Source of the DNA: Candidatus Micrarchaeota archaeon
GTDB taxonomy: Archaea > Micrarchaeota > Micrarchaeia > Micrarchaeales > Micrarchaeaceae
Assembly (NCBI GenBank): GCA_027339055.1
Contig: DAHWRK010000001.1
Location: forward strand, 6,289 to 70,288
Length of the DNA stretch: 64,000 bases
Direction: 5' to 3'
The translations under genes were made by a program, and so were the position numbers. Of the stretch, positions 19,649-28,706 are shown in pieces. The notes below the pieces were generated by a model. The model had not been told where the DNA came from and searched no databases. It saw nothing but the letters and a program-made list of their open reading frames with translations. Position 1 is the first letter of the stretch; every line of letters begins with the position of its first letter.

Positions 19649-20497
19649 CTAGTTGCGTGCCTCCAATCCTTTGACGAATTCCGAATACAGTGTAGGTTCT
19701 TTGACAACTTCTTTAAGTATGCTGTCTTGGCGGTAAAAATCATATCCCAGCATGTCCATCTGTTCTTTTTCTATTATGCCAGCATGCGCCAATATTGGTG
19801 ACATTGCCTTAAACAGCAGCATTGACGCCTGGCGCACGGGTTTCTTTCCAAACCTTTTCCTAAATATATTGAACATGTCTCCGAACCTCAGGTTTTCATT
19901 CCCGCAAACATTGAAAACCCCTGTTGAGTCCATCTTGGATTTCACTACTTCCACTATATCGTCGATATATACTGGACATATAAGGCCTGATTTCGGAAAA
20001 ATAGGGATATTCTGATTGAGAAGCTTATAGAACTGCAAGGTCAGAAAATCGTATTTCCCGTATATTATGGAAGGCCTTATTATCAGACTGTTTTTGTATG
20101 CGGAGATTATTTTCTCTGCTTCTCTTTTTGTCCTGAAATATTCTGTAGTCCCATTTTCGGCGTTTATCGCGGATATATAAATTATTTTTGGTTCGGTGCC
20201 GGCAGACAATGCCGCGTCTGTTATGTTCCGCGTTCCTGTTATGTTCACGTCCGAATGCTTCTGCGCTTTTTCATTTATCAATCCAACAAAATCGAATATG
20301 TAGTCGTAGCCCAGTTCCAATGTCCTTTCGACGTCGGCCTTTGAGGTTATGTCTCCTTCTATCCAACCCTTGCCTTCAACGTTGCCGGTGTCATGCTTGT
20401 ATCTTGACATTACTTCTACAGAATATTTTTCGGCCAGCGCTGAGTACATATGGCTTCCAAAGAAACCGTAGCCGCCGATTAACAATGCTTTTTCCAT
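19649..20497 (-). CDS. NAD-dependent epimerase/dehydratase (atypical SDR)
   Basis: GGYGFFG, YFRTK and IIRPSIIYG motifs. Confidence 0.88.
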   Translation of the reverse strand: MEKALLIGGYGFFGSHMYSALAEKYSVEVMSRYKHDTGNVEGKGWIEGDITSKADVERTLELGYDYIFDFVGLINEKAQKHSDVNITGTRNITDAALSAGTEPKIIYISAINAENGTTEYFRTKREAEKIISAYKNSLIIRPSIIYGKYDFLTLQFYKLLNQNIPIFPKSGLICPVYIDDIVEVVKSKMDSTGVFNVCGNENLRFGDMFNIFRKRFGKKPVRQASMLLFKAMSPILAHAGIIEKEQMDMLGYDFYRQDSILKEVVKEPTLYSEFVKGLEARN

Positions 20498-20586
20498 CGA
20501 ATCATATCGTTGTGTGCTGCTATTTGTTTTGGTATAAAAAGTATTAAGGCTTTTATATATTTCAGGGCAAAATAATCTAGTTTCTT

Positions 20587-20661
20587 GGGCTCGTAACTCA
20601 GTTTGGCCAGAGTGGGAGGCTTTTAACCTCTAAGTCGAGGGTCCAAATCCCTCCGAGCCCG
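20587..20661 (+). tRNA. tRNA-Lys(UUU)
   Basis: Acceptor stem GGGCTCG/CGAGCCC, anticodon loop CTTTTAA, T arm GAGGG-TCCAAAT-CCCTC, followed by a T-run. Confidence 0.93.
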
Positions 20662-20756
20662 CTTTTTTTAAACCGCCTAAAAATAGTGCATATTACTACA
20701 GAACAGATTTGGGAAAATGCTAAATAAAAGAAATTGCATTTGCTATTTGTGATTGC

Positions 20757-21337
20757 ATGGAGGAGAAAAGATTCAATTTCAAGGAAACAGCCCTCGTAGT
20801 TATAGACCTGCAGAAGGGGATAGCCGCAAGCGGAAGAAACACCGAACCGAATGCGGCATCGGAAGTTGTTGCGAACGCTGCGATGCTTGCAGCCAAGTTC
20901 AGGGAGAACAAAGCGCCTGTGTGCCTGGTGCACGTGTCTTCCATAGATGGGAAGGACATGCTCAATCCGATATTGGACAGCGCACCGAATTGGGGAGGCG
21001 AAAGGCCTGCAGACTGGGACGAATTCGTGCCAGAGATGAATGCGCAGAAAGGAGATATAATAATAACAAAGAGGCATTGGGGCGCTTTTTACGGCACAGA
21101 GCTGGACCTGCAGCTCAGGCGCAGGGGAATAAAAAACATAGTGCTGTGCGGAATATCGACAAACATAGGAGTCGAATCTACTGCAAGAGAGGCATACCAG
21201 AACGGCTACAACCAGATATTCGCCGAGACGCCATGGGCGCGATGAGCAGGGAGGAACACGATGCGACAGTCAAGAATATATTTCCGAGGATAGGCCTGGT
21301 AAGAAAAACCAGCGATGTGCTCGGAATGCTTTCATGA
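20757..21337 (+). pseudogene. isochorismatase/cysteine hydrolase with a 1-nt frameshift near 21227
   Basis: ALVVIDLQ, KRHWGAF and GISTNIGVESTAR motifs. The family C-terminus (DAMGAMS...IFPRIG) continues in another frame. GCCGAGACGCC lacks one G of GAG-GAC. Confidence 0.75.
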
Positions 21338-21385
21338 AAGCACGCATTTTGAAGATGCCAAATTTCCATGGCATTGAAAAATGAG

Positions 21386-21486
21386 CGCCGGGGGTGGGAA
21401 TCGAACCCACGAAGGCCTTTCAGCCAAACAGCTTAGCAGGCTGCCGCCCTTTAGAGTGCTTGCGCATACCTCTAGGCGACCCCGGC
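21386..21486 (-). tRNA. tRNA-Ser(GCU) with a 17-nt D-loop intron (21451-21467)
   Basis: Acceptor stem GCCGGGG/CCCCGGC, anticodon loop CTGCTAA, long variable arm, TTCGATT T-loop, and a BHB motif in the D-loop. Confidence 0.92.
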
Positions 21487-21526
21487 ATGCTATTCATTTA
21501 CGTTTGCACTGTTTTTAAATCTTAGC

Positions 21527-21785
21527 GGCGGAAGCCGGCCTTGCCATGCAAGCAGCAGTTGCGTTGACCATACTTCAGCTCAGCCCCGTATCCCGGGAGC
21601 GTAGCCTGAATGTGCTTAAGGTTGCTCCTTCCGGCCTGGCCTGGTTCACGCACCAAGCTACCACCTGGGGCAAGGCATCAACGCTTCCATCTGGGCGCAA
21701 AAGCCGCTTGCATAACGCAACCGGCATTGGCCCGCCAGAAAGGGATTTGCGAACGGGAAACCCTTAGCTTCCCAGCCTATCCGCC
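21527..21785 (-). ncRNA. ffs: signal recognition particle (7S) RNA
   Basis: Helix-8 motif GCCAGGCCGGAAGGAGCAA, terminal pairing GGCGGA/TCCGCC, TATA-like TTTATAA about 25 nt upstream. Confidence 0.88.
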
Positions 21786-21895
21786 AAGGCTTATATTCAA
21801 TAATGAGTTATAAATAGGTTTGCGGAGATAAGAATGGGACAGAACGGAACAAGCTCAAAATAGCACATGCTAAATATTTTATTCTCTAGAATATT

Positions 21896-22327
21896 ATGCC
21901 GGTGATTGAAATAAATGACAAAGAATACTCGGAATTGCTCGACAGGGCCTTTTCGAAGCTACCCGCACTAGAAGCGGAAAAATCTGACTTCGTAATACCT
22001 ACTTTAGATTCCATAGTGCAGGGGAACAAGACAATAATAAGAAATATGGCAGTAATTGCGGACAAGGCAAGAAGGGACGTCTCCGACATTGCAAGATATT
22101 TAAGCAAGGAATTTGGAGTGCCGACAAGCATGGAGGACCAGAGGCTGGTACTCACAGGAAAATTCACCCAGGAGCAACTGGACAAGGAGATACATAAATA
22201 TTTTGAAACTTACGTTATCTGCAGGGAGTGCCACAAGCCGGATACGCACCTGGAAAATGCAGGCAGGGGCATGCTCATGCTCGTGTGCGAGGCGTGCGGC
22301 GCAAGATACGGATTGAAGAACTATTGA
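21896..22327 (+). CDS. eif2b: translation initiation factor aIF2 beta subunit
   Basis: QGNKTIIRN and the YVICRECHKPDT...CEACGA zinc ribbon. Confidence 0.95.
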   Translation: MPVIEINDKEYSELLDRAFSKLPALEAEKSDFVIPTLDSIVQGNKTIIRNMAVIADKARRDVSDIARYLSKEFGVPTSMEDQRLVLTGKFTQEQLDKEIHKYFETYVICRECHKPDTHLENAGRGMLMLVCEACGARYGLKNY

Positions 22328-22334
22328 TGGTCAT

Positions 22335-22655
22335 ATGGGAAAAAATGAAGGAAGGACTCACGACAGCAGGAGAGGCGCGCCGGTATCCTATCAGACCAAG
22401 ATGCCAAACAATGGCGAGGTTGTAGGGAGAGTCTCGAAGATAGTAGGATCAACGAGATTCCTGGTCGACTGCAGCGACGGCAACCAGAGGCTATGCATAA
22501 TTCCAGGGAGGCTCAGGAGGAGATTTTGGATAAAAGAAAACGACGTTGTGCTTGTAAAGCCGTGGAGCGTCCAAGCTAATGAGCGCGGCGACATAGTGTG
22601 GAGGTACAGCCTCATGGACATAAGCAAGCTTAAGAACATGAACATGATAAGTTAA
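22335..22655 (+). CDS. eif1a: translation initiation factor aIF1A
   Basis: CSDGNQRLCIIPGRLRRRFWIKENDVVLVKPW and GDIVWRY motifs. Confidence 0.95.
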   Translation: MGKNEGRTHDSRRGAPVSYQTKMPNNGEVVGRVSKIVGSTRFLVDCSDGNQRLCIIPGRLRRRFWIKENDVVLVKPWSVQANERGDIVWRYSLMDISKLKNMNMIS

Positions 22656-22696
22656 AGTTTAGCGATAGGCAAGCCTGCTAGCGGCAAGGGGGTAAT

Positions 22697-23917
22697 ATGC
22701 AGACTTTGAAGGACATTATAGGCGAATCAAAGATATTTGCTCAGCGTGAGGTCTTATCGCCGCATTACACCCCAAAAAAGCTCATATTAAGGGAAAAGGA
22801 GATAAACAACATAGAGAAGGCAATAAAGCCAGCGCTTGAGGGGGAGAAAGGCAGGAACCTTTTCGTGTACGGAAGGACCGGAACGGGCAAAACAACGTGC
22901 GCAAGGTACGTAATATCCGAGATAAAAGACATACCGAACACCAAGGCCAGGGTTTCATACGTAAACTGCAGGATGTACAACACGCGATTTAGGGTTCTCA
23001 ACAAAGTCATAGCAGACCACATGCCGAATTATGCAAGAAGGGGATACGGCATCATAGATTTATACGGGAAGCTTACGAGCTGGATAGAGGAAGACAACAA
23101 GATACTTGTTCTAGTGCTCGACGAAATAGACATGGTAAAGGACCTCGACGACCTCGTATATACAATGACGAGGATAAACAGCGAGATAAGGTCCGGAGGC
23201 GTGGCAATGATAGGAATATCCAACAAGGTTTCTTTCAAGGAGGAGCTGGATCCGAGGAGCCTCTCGGCCCTATACGAAAGCGAGCTCGTGTTCCCGTCCT
23301 ATTACTCTGACGAGCTTTATGAGATAGTAAAAGACAGGGCGGAGACCGGCTTCAAAAAAGGAGTTATTGATGACGACATATTGCATTTCATCGCAGCGGC
23401 GGCAGCCAAGGAAGGCGGAGATGCGAGGCTTTCGCTTAAGATACTTTCAAAATCCGGCGAGATAGCCGAAGAGCATGGAAAGGACAGTATAACCATGGCA
23501 GAAGCAGAAGAAGCGATAAAAATGGCGGAGAGCGAAATAGTCTACGAACTCATATCTTCGCTCCCGGAGCACCAAAAGCTTGTTCTCTACTCCATAGTAC
23601 TGCTTGCGCAGAGCGGGGGCTCATACAAGAAGCTTACCGACGGCATAGATACGTACCTTTTCAGCGGCGAAGTTTACAACAGGTACAAGTCCATAGCAGA
23701 AGGGCTCAAAAGAGTGCCGAAAAGCGAAAGGTGGTACAGGAACTACATATCCGAACTGGAAATGCAGGGGCTGATAGCGTCATTTGATTCGAGCAAGGGG
23801 ATAAGGGGCCACACTAAGCTCATAAAGCTGCTTTATCCCACGCAGAAGACGCGCGCTGTCCTTGAGAAGAATATATTCGGCCTCAGCGGCAATTCTGAAA
23901 AGAAGGAAGACGATTAG
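22697..23917 (+). CDS. cdc6: Cdc6/Orc1 replication initiator
   Basis: YGRTGTGKT, YVNC, LDEID and GDAR motifs with a C-terminal wHTH. Confidence 0.94.
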   Translation: MQTLKDIIGESKIFAQREVLSPHYTPKKLILREKEINNIEKAIKPALEGEKGRNLFVYGRTGTGKTTCARYVISEIKDIPNTKARVSYVNCRMYNTRFRVLNKVIADHMPNYARRGYGIIDLYGKLTSWIEEDNKILVLVLDEIDMVKDLDDLVYTMTRINSEIRSGGVAMIGISNKVSFKEELDPRSLSALYESELVFPSYYSDELYEIVKDRAETGFKKGVIDDDILHFIAAAAAKEGGDARLSLKILSKSGEIAEEHGKDSITMAEAEEAIKMAESEIVYELISSLPEHQKLVLYSIVLLAQSGGSYKKLTDGIDTYLFSGEVYNRYKSIAEGLKRVPKSERWYRNYISELEMQGLIASFDSSKGIRGHTKLIKLLYPTQKTRAVLEKNIFGLSGNSEKKEDD

Positions 23918-23925
23918 GTGTTTGC

Positions 23926-24450
23926 TTGGCATATTACGACGCGGTGCGCAGCGGCATGGCAAATACGCGCGCGCTTTTCGGGCGCTTGGGCTTCCGCAGT
24001 GTAATCATAGAAGGAGAAGATTTCGAGTTTTCGAAGGATCCGGGGTCGGCCAACGGAAACGCGGTAGTTTACTCTTCCAAGAACGAAAACCTTTTGCCTT
24101 ACCTGAAGAACGGAGCCAGGGCAATAATACCGCAGAATCCTGAAACGCTTGAAGAGATGGAGAAGTACGTAAAGGACATGAAGGATTACGGAACCTCGTT
24201 CATAATAGACGCATCTGCAATAGAAAACGCTTACGGTACATATCGCGCGCTGCTTATGGGAAAGTTCCGCGACTGTACTGAAGTTATGCTCGGAAAGGAT
24301 ATCGCAGTAGGCATCGCTTCGCTTGCGAGGAACGAGGCCGAAGCGCTCGCCCCGCAGCAGCTTATGGCGATATGCGGCGCGTTGGGAATGGATAAGAACG
24401 GCGCCAAGAGGGCGCTTGCGGAAAACAGAAGCATTATCTCAAAACAGTGA
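23926..24450 (+). CDS. RNase P protein Rpp30-like (divergent)
   Basis: Lies immediately before pop5. C-terminal IASLARN...LAPQQLMAICGALGMDKNGAKRAL resembles Rpp30. Confidence 0.6.
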   Translation: MAYYDAVRSGMANTRALFGRLGFRSVIIEGEDFEFSKDPGSANGNAVVYSSKNENLLPYLKNGARAIIPQNPETLEEMEKYVKDMKDYGTSFIIDASAIENAYGTYRALLMGKFRDCTEVMLGKDIAVGIASLARNEAEALAPQQLMAICGALGMDKNGAKRALAENRSIISKQ

Positions 24451-24462
24451 ATAGGCCTTGAA

Positions 24463-24795
24463 ATGATAAGGGACAAGAAACGCTACATAATGATCGAAGC
24501 CAGCTCGGAATTGAATATGGGCAAGGAGGAGCTTGACCGTGCGCTCAAGCAGGCAGTCTTATCGCTGGTTGGCCAGTTGGGATACTACGACATTTCGCCA
24601 AAGCTTATTTCGCTGGCCGACAGCAGGCATTTCGTTGTCAGGTGCAAGCTGCGTGGCTACGAAAGGATGCTTCTGGCATCTGCCCTTATAAAAAGAATAG
24701 GAGCAACAGAGACAGGGCTTTATACGCTCAAAAGTTCCGGCACAATAAAGGCGCTGATGAAAGGAAAGGCCTCAGAAGATCTCTCCGACGATTGA
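24463..24795 (+). CDS. rnp2: RNase P protein Pop5/Rpp14
   Basis: RDKKRYI, LVGQLG, FVVRC and SSGTIKAL motifs. Confidence 0.88.
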   Translation: MIRDKKRYIMIEASSELNMGKEELDRALKQAVLSLVGQLGYYDISPKLISLADSRHFVVRCKLRGYERMLLASALIKRIGATETGLYTLKSSGTIKALMKGKASEDLSDD

Positions 24796-25086
24796 GGTTA
24801 TCCCGCCTTTGAGGTTAAATGTCTCTATCCCGTGCTTGTCCTTTATCATCTCGGATACAAAAGCCGAGGTGTTTCCATGGTAGCAAACAAGCACAGAGCC
24901 CTCATATTTCAGCAGCTCCTCTTTCGGGGCGTTTAGCATTTCCATAGGGTCGGCAGCTTCTATAAGCCCCTCTTCCAGATCCAGTAGGCTGCGTATGTAA
25001 TCGGTAGGCTCGGAGCCGAGCCATACGAGCTTTTTTCCACTCTGCTTGGCAGTGGCAAGGGCTTCTTCGTATTCGATGTTCTGCAT
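24772..25086 (-). CDS. rhodanese-like domain protein
   Basis: VLVCYHGNTS and FNLKGGI motifs. Confidence 0.75.
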   Translation of the reverse strand: MQNIEYEEALATAKQSGKKLVWLGSEPTDYIRSLLDLEEGLIEAADPMEMLNAPKEELLKYEGSVLVCYHGNTSAFVSEMIKDKHGIETFNLKGGITSIVGEIF

Positions 25087-25225
25087 ATACAGTATTTGGT
25101 ACCTGCAATTTTAAAAAACAGCGCCCGGATTGATGCGAAGGAAGTAACGAACAGCGTGAAATTATTTATATATATGCCGCCATCAGTAATGAAATAGCAT
25201 ATGTAATAACCAGAAAGTTGCTATC

Positions 25226-25729
25226 ATGCCTAAAACAAGCAAAAGCAAAGGTTTTGAATCTGTAAGCATTAGTGTAAACAATAAAACATATACCAAAATG
25301 ATGCGCAGCGATGAGGCACTGGCTTACAGGGAAAGGCAGAAGCTCATAAGCGAAACTGTACCGAGGATCGGGAGCAGGTTCAGCAGTTTGATAGAAGAGC
25401 TTGAGACCGCTTACGCGAATTTGTATGTGCCAAAAACGCTTGCTGAAAGGCTTATTGGCAACGAGAAAACACTGTATGACAATTTCGTTAAGCCCAGCAT
25501 TGAAGCAAAGATATGGGCCATCTGCAGGGAGCACATAACAGAGAGCAGCGTAGATATAGAAAAAGCCGAGAACGAAGCAAACGATCTTGGAGACCGTATC
25601 GAGGTCTGCATTGAGCAAACTAAAAACAGCATTAGGGGCGGCAGGGCCGGATTCCACGACACGACTATGCTGTCTTACGAAAAGCTGAAGAAGTCGATAG
25701 CGGAAGTGCTAGGAATATGGATTTATTAG
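25226..25729 (+). CDS. hypothetical helical protein
   Basis: 167-aa ORF filling the intergenic space. No motif recognised. Confidence 0.65.
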   Translation: MPKTSKSKGFESVSISVNNKTYTKMMRSDEALAYRERQKLISETVPRIGSRFSSLIEELETAYANLYVPKTLAERLIGNEKTLYDNFVKPSIEAKIWAICREHITESSVDIEKAENEANDLGDRIEVCIEQTKNSIRGGRAGFHDTTMLSYEKLKKSIAEVLGIWIY

Positions 25730-25888
25730 CCCCGCCGGCAAAGCGTTAAAAGGTTTATATTTCATAATGCTAACTGTCATCTTGGACTTTTGCAATTTTG
25801 TATACTCAGAGGCAGATAAAATTTTTTTTAGGACATGTTTAAAAAGCATTGATTCCAAATATGTAAGAAAGATTTGACTGGTGAATAG

Positions 25889-26584
25889 ATGTACCCAAAC
25901 ATACAGGCTTATGACAGAGGAGTGATGTTCAGCCCGGACGGAAGGCTGTTTCAGGTGGAATATGCAAAGGAGGCCGTAAGGAAAGGTGCAACTTCTGTAG
26001 GCATGGTAACCGAAGAGGGAGTTGTCCTTATAGCGCACAAGAATATAGTTGAGCCGCTCATAATACCAAGCACGGTGCAGAAGATATTCAAAGTGGACTC
26101 ATTCGTTGGGACCACATACAGCGGGCTCGTCTCGGATGGCCTGCACGTCGTGGGAATGATGCGCTCCAAAACACAGACACACAGGATGGTTTATGACGAG
26201 ACCGAATCCGTAGAGACCATAGCGAGGGAGATATCCGAAGAGATGCAGATGGCAACTCAGTACGGAGGGCTGAGGCCTTATGCCATATCCCTGCTCATTG
26301 GCGGCTACGATACGGATTACAGGCTTTTTGAAGTCGAACCGGGAGCTTCGTTCTCAGGCTACAGGGCAGATGCGATAGGCATAGGCAAAAAGGTGGCGGA
26401 AGACATACTCGTGAAGGAATACAAAGACGGAATGAAGCTGAATGACGCCATAAACCTTGGTGTCAGCATACTTAAGAAAATAAACGAGAAGAAGCTGTCT
26501 CCGGAGAACGTAGATATATCGACAATAACCAAGGCGAAAGGCTACAAGCCATTCGACATAAAGGACATAAACACATATCTCTGA
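25889..26584 (+). CDS. psmA: proteasome subunit alpha
   Basis: AYDRGVMFSPDGRLFQVEYAKEAV signature. Confidence 0.97.
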   Translation: MYPNIQAYDRGVMFSPDGRLFQVEYAKEAVRKGATSVGMVTEEGVVLIAHKNIVEPLIIPSTVQKIFKVDSFVGTTYSGLVSDGLHVVGMMRSKTQTHRMVYDETESVETIAREISEEMQMATQYGGLRPYAISLLIGGYDTDYRLFEVEPGASFSGYRADAIGIGKKVAEDILVKEYKDGMKLNDAINLGVSILKKINEKKLSPENVDISTITKAKGYKPFDIKDINTYL

Positions 26585-26592
26585 GTGGTTTT

Positions 26593-27276
26593 ATGGGCAA
26601 GACCGTAACGGCAAAATATTCCGATGGCAAGGACAGCTTCGAGATATTGGTAGATGCCGATATGGCTTATGAGTATGTCACAGGAAAGAGAAAGGAACCG
26701 CTCTCCGTCCTTGAAGCCGAGCAGGTTTTCAAGGATGCGAGAAAGGGAGAGCGCCAGAGCGACGAGAAGATAAAGAAGGTTTTCGGAACTACAGACTTGG
26801 CTTCCGTAGTCGATCAGATACTCAAAAAAGGGGACCTGCCGATAACTACAGAGCAAAGGGCAAAGATGCTCGAGGAAAAAAGGAAGCAGATAATAGACAT
26901 AATAGCGAGGAATTCCATAGACCCGAGGACCAACGCCCCAGCAACAGCTTTGAGGGTAGAAAACGCCATGAAGGAGGCAAAGGTGCCAATAGACCCATTC
27001 AAGAACGCTAACGAGCAGGTAGAAGCGGTAGTCAAAAAAATAAGCATGCTGCTTCCGATAAAGTTCACCAACATAAAGATAGAAGTAATCATACCAGCTG
27101 ATTCGGTAAACAGGTGCTACAATACGCTAAAGCAGTTTGGGCTCAAGTCAGAGGAATGGATGAGCAACGGCTCCCTCAAGGCAGTCGTAGAATTCCCTGC
27201 GGGCATGCAGAACGAGCTTTACGACAAGCTGAACAAGGCAACACAGGGAAGGGTAGAGACAAAGATAATCGGATGA
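26593..27276 (+). CDS. ribosome maturation factor SBDS/Sdo1
   Basis: FEILVD, VFKDARKG, LPITTEQR and IDPRT motifs. Confidence 0.95.
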   Translation: MGKTVTAKYSDGKDSFEILVDADMAYEYVTGKRKEPLSVLEAEQVFKDARKGERQSDEKIKKVFGTTDLASVVDQILKKGDLPITTEQRAKMLEEKRKQIIDIIARNSIDPRTNAPATALRVENAMKEAKVPIDPFKNANEQVEAVVKKISMLLPIKFTNIKIEVIIPADSVNRCYNTLKQFGLKSEEWMSNGSLKAVVEFPAGMQNELYDKLNKATQGRVETKIIG

Positions 27277-27282
27277 TTTTGA

Positions 27283-27906
27283 ATGAGGCAGTTTGTTACA
27301 CCCGGTGAAGAGCTTCCTAAAGATACGAGGCGCAACGAATACGTAATGCTGCAGAACGGAAAGGCTTATTCCAACATACTGGGCTTTTACGACAGCGACA
27401 AGAAGGACGTGATACCTCTTGAAGGGATGTGGAAGCCAAGGATAGGCGACAACGTCATAGGAGTCGTCGAAAAGCCCACCAAGCCAGGGCTCTACAACGT
27501 GGTGCTTACGGAATTCGTCCAGGGGCTGATAATAACTAGCAAGTTTGACTCTGGGCCGATTTTTGAAGCCAACGACATAATAGAGGCAACGGTCGCCAGC
27601 GTGGAGAGGAAGAGGCTGGCAATACTTGAGAGGCCGAGGAAGCTGGCGCTCGGGCAGACGCTGTACGTAAAGCCCGTGAGGATACCGCGCATAATAGGCA
27701 AGAGCGAGACTATGGCAAACCAGATAGCCAGGCTCACGGGAAGCAGGATAATAATAGGCAGGAACGGCATAATATGGATAAACGGAGGCAACACTGAGCT
27801 GGCAATAAAAGCAATCAAGACCGTTGAAAGCGAAGCCCACACTAGCGGGCTGACCGAAAGGATTAAGTCGATGCTTGAAGCAGAAGCGCCAGTGGAAAAC
27901 CGCTAA
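27283..27906 (+). CDS. rrp4: exosome RNA-binding subunit Rrp4
   Basis: FVTPGEEL, IPLEG..PRIGDNVIG and KH-domain PRIIGK...GRNGIIWI. Confidence 0.92.
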   Translation: MRQFVTPGEELPKDTRRNEYVMLQNGKAYSNILGFYDSDKKDVIPLEGMWKPRIGDNVIGVVEKPTKPGLYNVVLTEFVQGLIITSKFDSGPIFEANDIIEATVASVERKRLAILERPRKLALGQTLYVKPVRIPRIIGKSETMANQIARLTGSRIIIGRNGIIWINGGNTELAIKAIKTVESEAHTSGLTERIKSMLEAEAPVENR

Positions 27907-27976
27907 AAAGCTTATTATATTATTACGTTAAAAGAAATATGCAGATTTTCGCAATTTTTGATTTTGAAGTGATTTC

Positions 27977-28702
27977 ATGGCTTCTTCGTTAAACAAACCA
28001 GAGCTTATAGTAAATGGCAAAAGGCTCGACGGAAGGGATTTTGACGAGCTAAGGCCCCTGAAGATAGAGGCCAATGTGCTTAAAAACGCACAGGGCTCGG
28101 CCTACCTAGAGTGGGGCAACAACAGGGTGCTTGCCGCAGTATACGGGCCAAAGGAGGCCATGCCTAGGCACACCGCAGACTCTACAAAAGCGGTAGTCAA
28201 ATGCAGGTACTCTATGGCGCCTTTTTCAGGCTTGGGAGAGCACGGAAGGACAGGGCCTAACAGGAGGGCTACCGAAATATCAAAGGTCACGAAGGAAGTG
28301 TTCGAAAACGTCATATTCCTTAACGAATTCCCAGGAAGCGAGATAGACATATTCATAGAGATACTGCAAAGCGACGGAGGAACCAGAGCAGCTGGAATAA
28401 CCGCAGCTGCTGTTGCGCTGGCCAACGCAGGCATAAAAATGAGAGACCTGGTCTATGCCGTCAGCGCTGGCAGGATAGGCGAACACGTGGTCCTGGATGT
28501 TGACATGATAGAAGACAATTATTCCGATGCAGACATGCCAATGGCAATATCTCCGAAAAGCAACGATGTGCTGCTGCTGCAAATGGACGGAGGCTTGGAC
28601 AAGGACCAGCTGAAGCAGGCCATGAATATGGTAGTAGAAGCGGGCAAGAGCATATCGAAGGCTCAGAGAGATGCCCTGAAGGCCATATACGAAAACAGGT
28701 GA
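27977..28702 (+). CDS. rrp41: exosome subunit Rrp41
   Basis: RLDGR..DELRP, GSAYLEWG, DGGTR and DMPMA motifs. Confidence 0.96.
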   Translation: MASSLNKPELIVNGKRLDGRDFDELRPLKIEANVLKNAQGSAYLEWGNNRVLAAVYGPKEAMPRHTADSTKAVVKCRYSMAPFSGLGEHGRTGPNRRATEISKVTKEVFENVIFLNEFPGSEIDIFIEILQSDGGTRAAGITAAAVALANAGIKMRDLVYAVSAGRIGEHVVLDVDMIEDNYSDADMPMAISPKSNDVLLLQMDGGLDKDQLKQAMNMVVEAGKSISKAQRDALKAIYENR

Positions 28703-28706
28703 TTTT

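Noticed and set aside
21546-21813. Short ORFs of 73 aa and 67 aa
   Set aside because: They are antisense to the SRP RNA and have no protein-like features.
22656-22696. Replication origin next to cdc6
   Set aside because: The flanking gaps are only about 40 bp and 8 bp, with no ORB-like repeats or AT-rich unwinding element.
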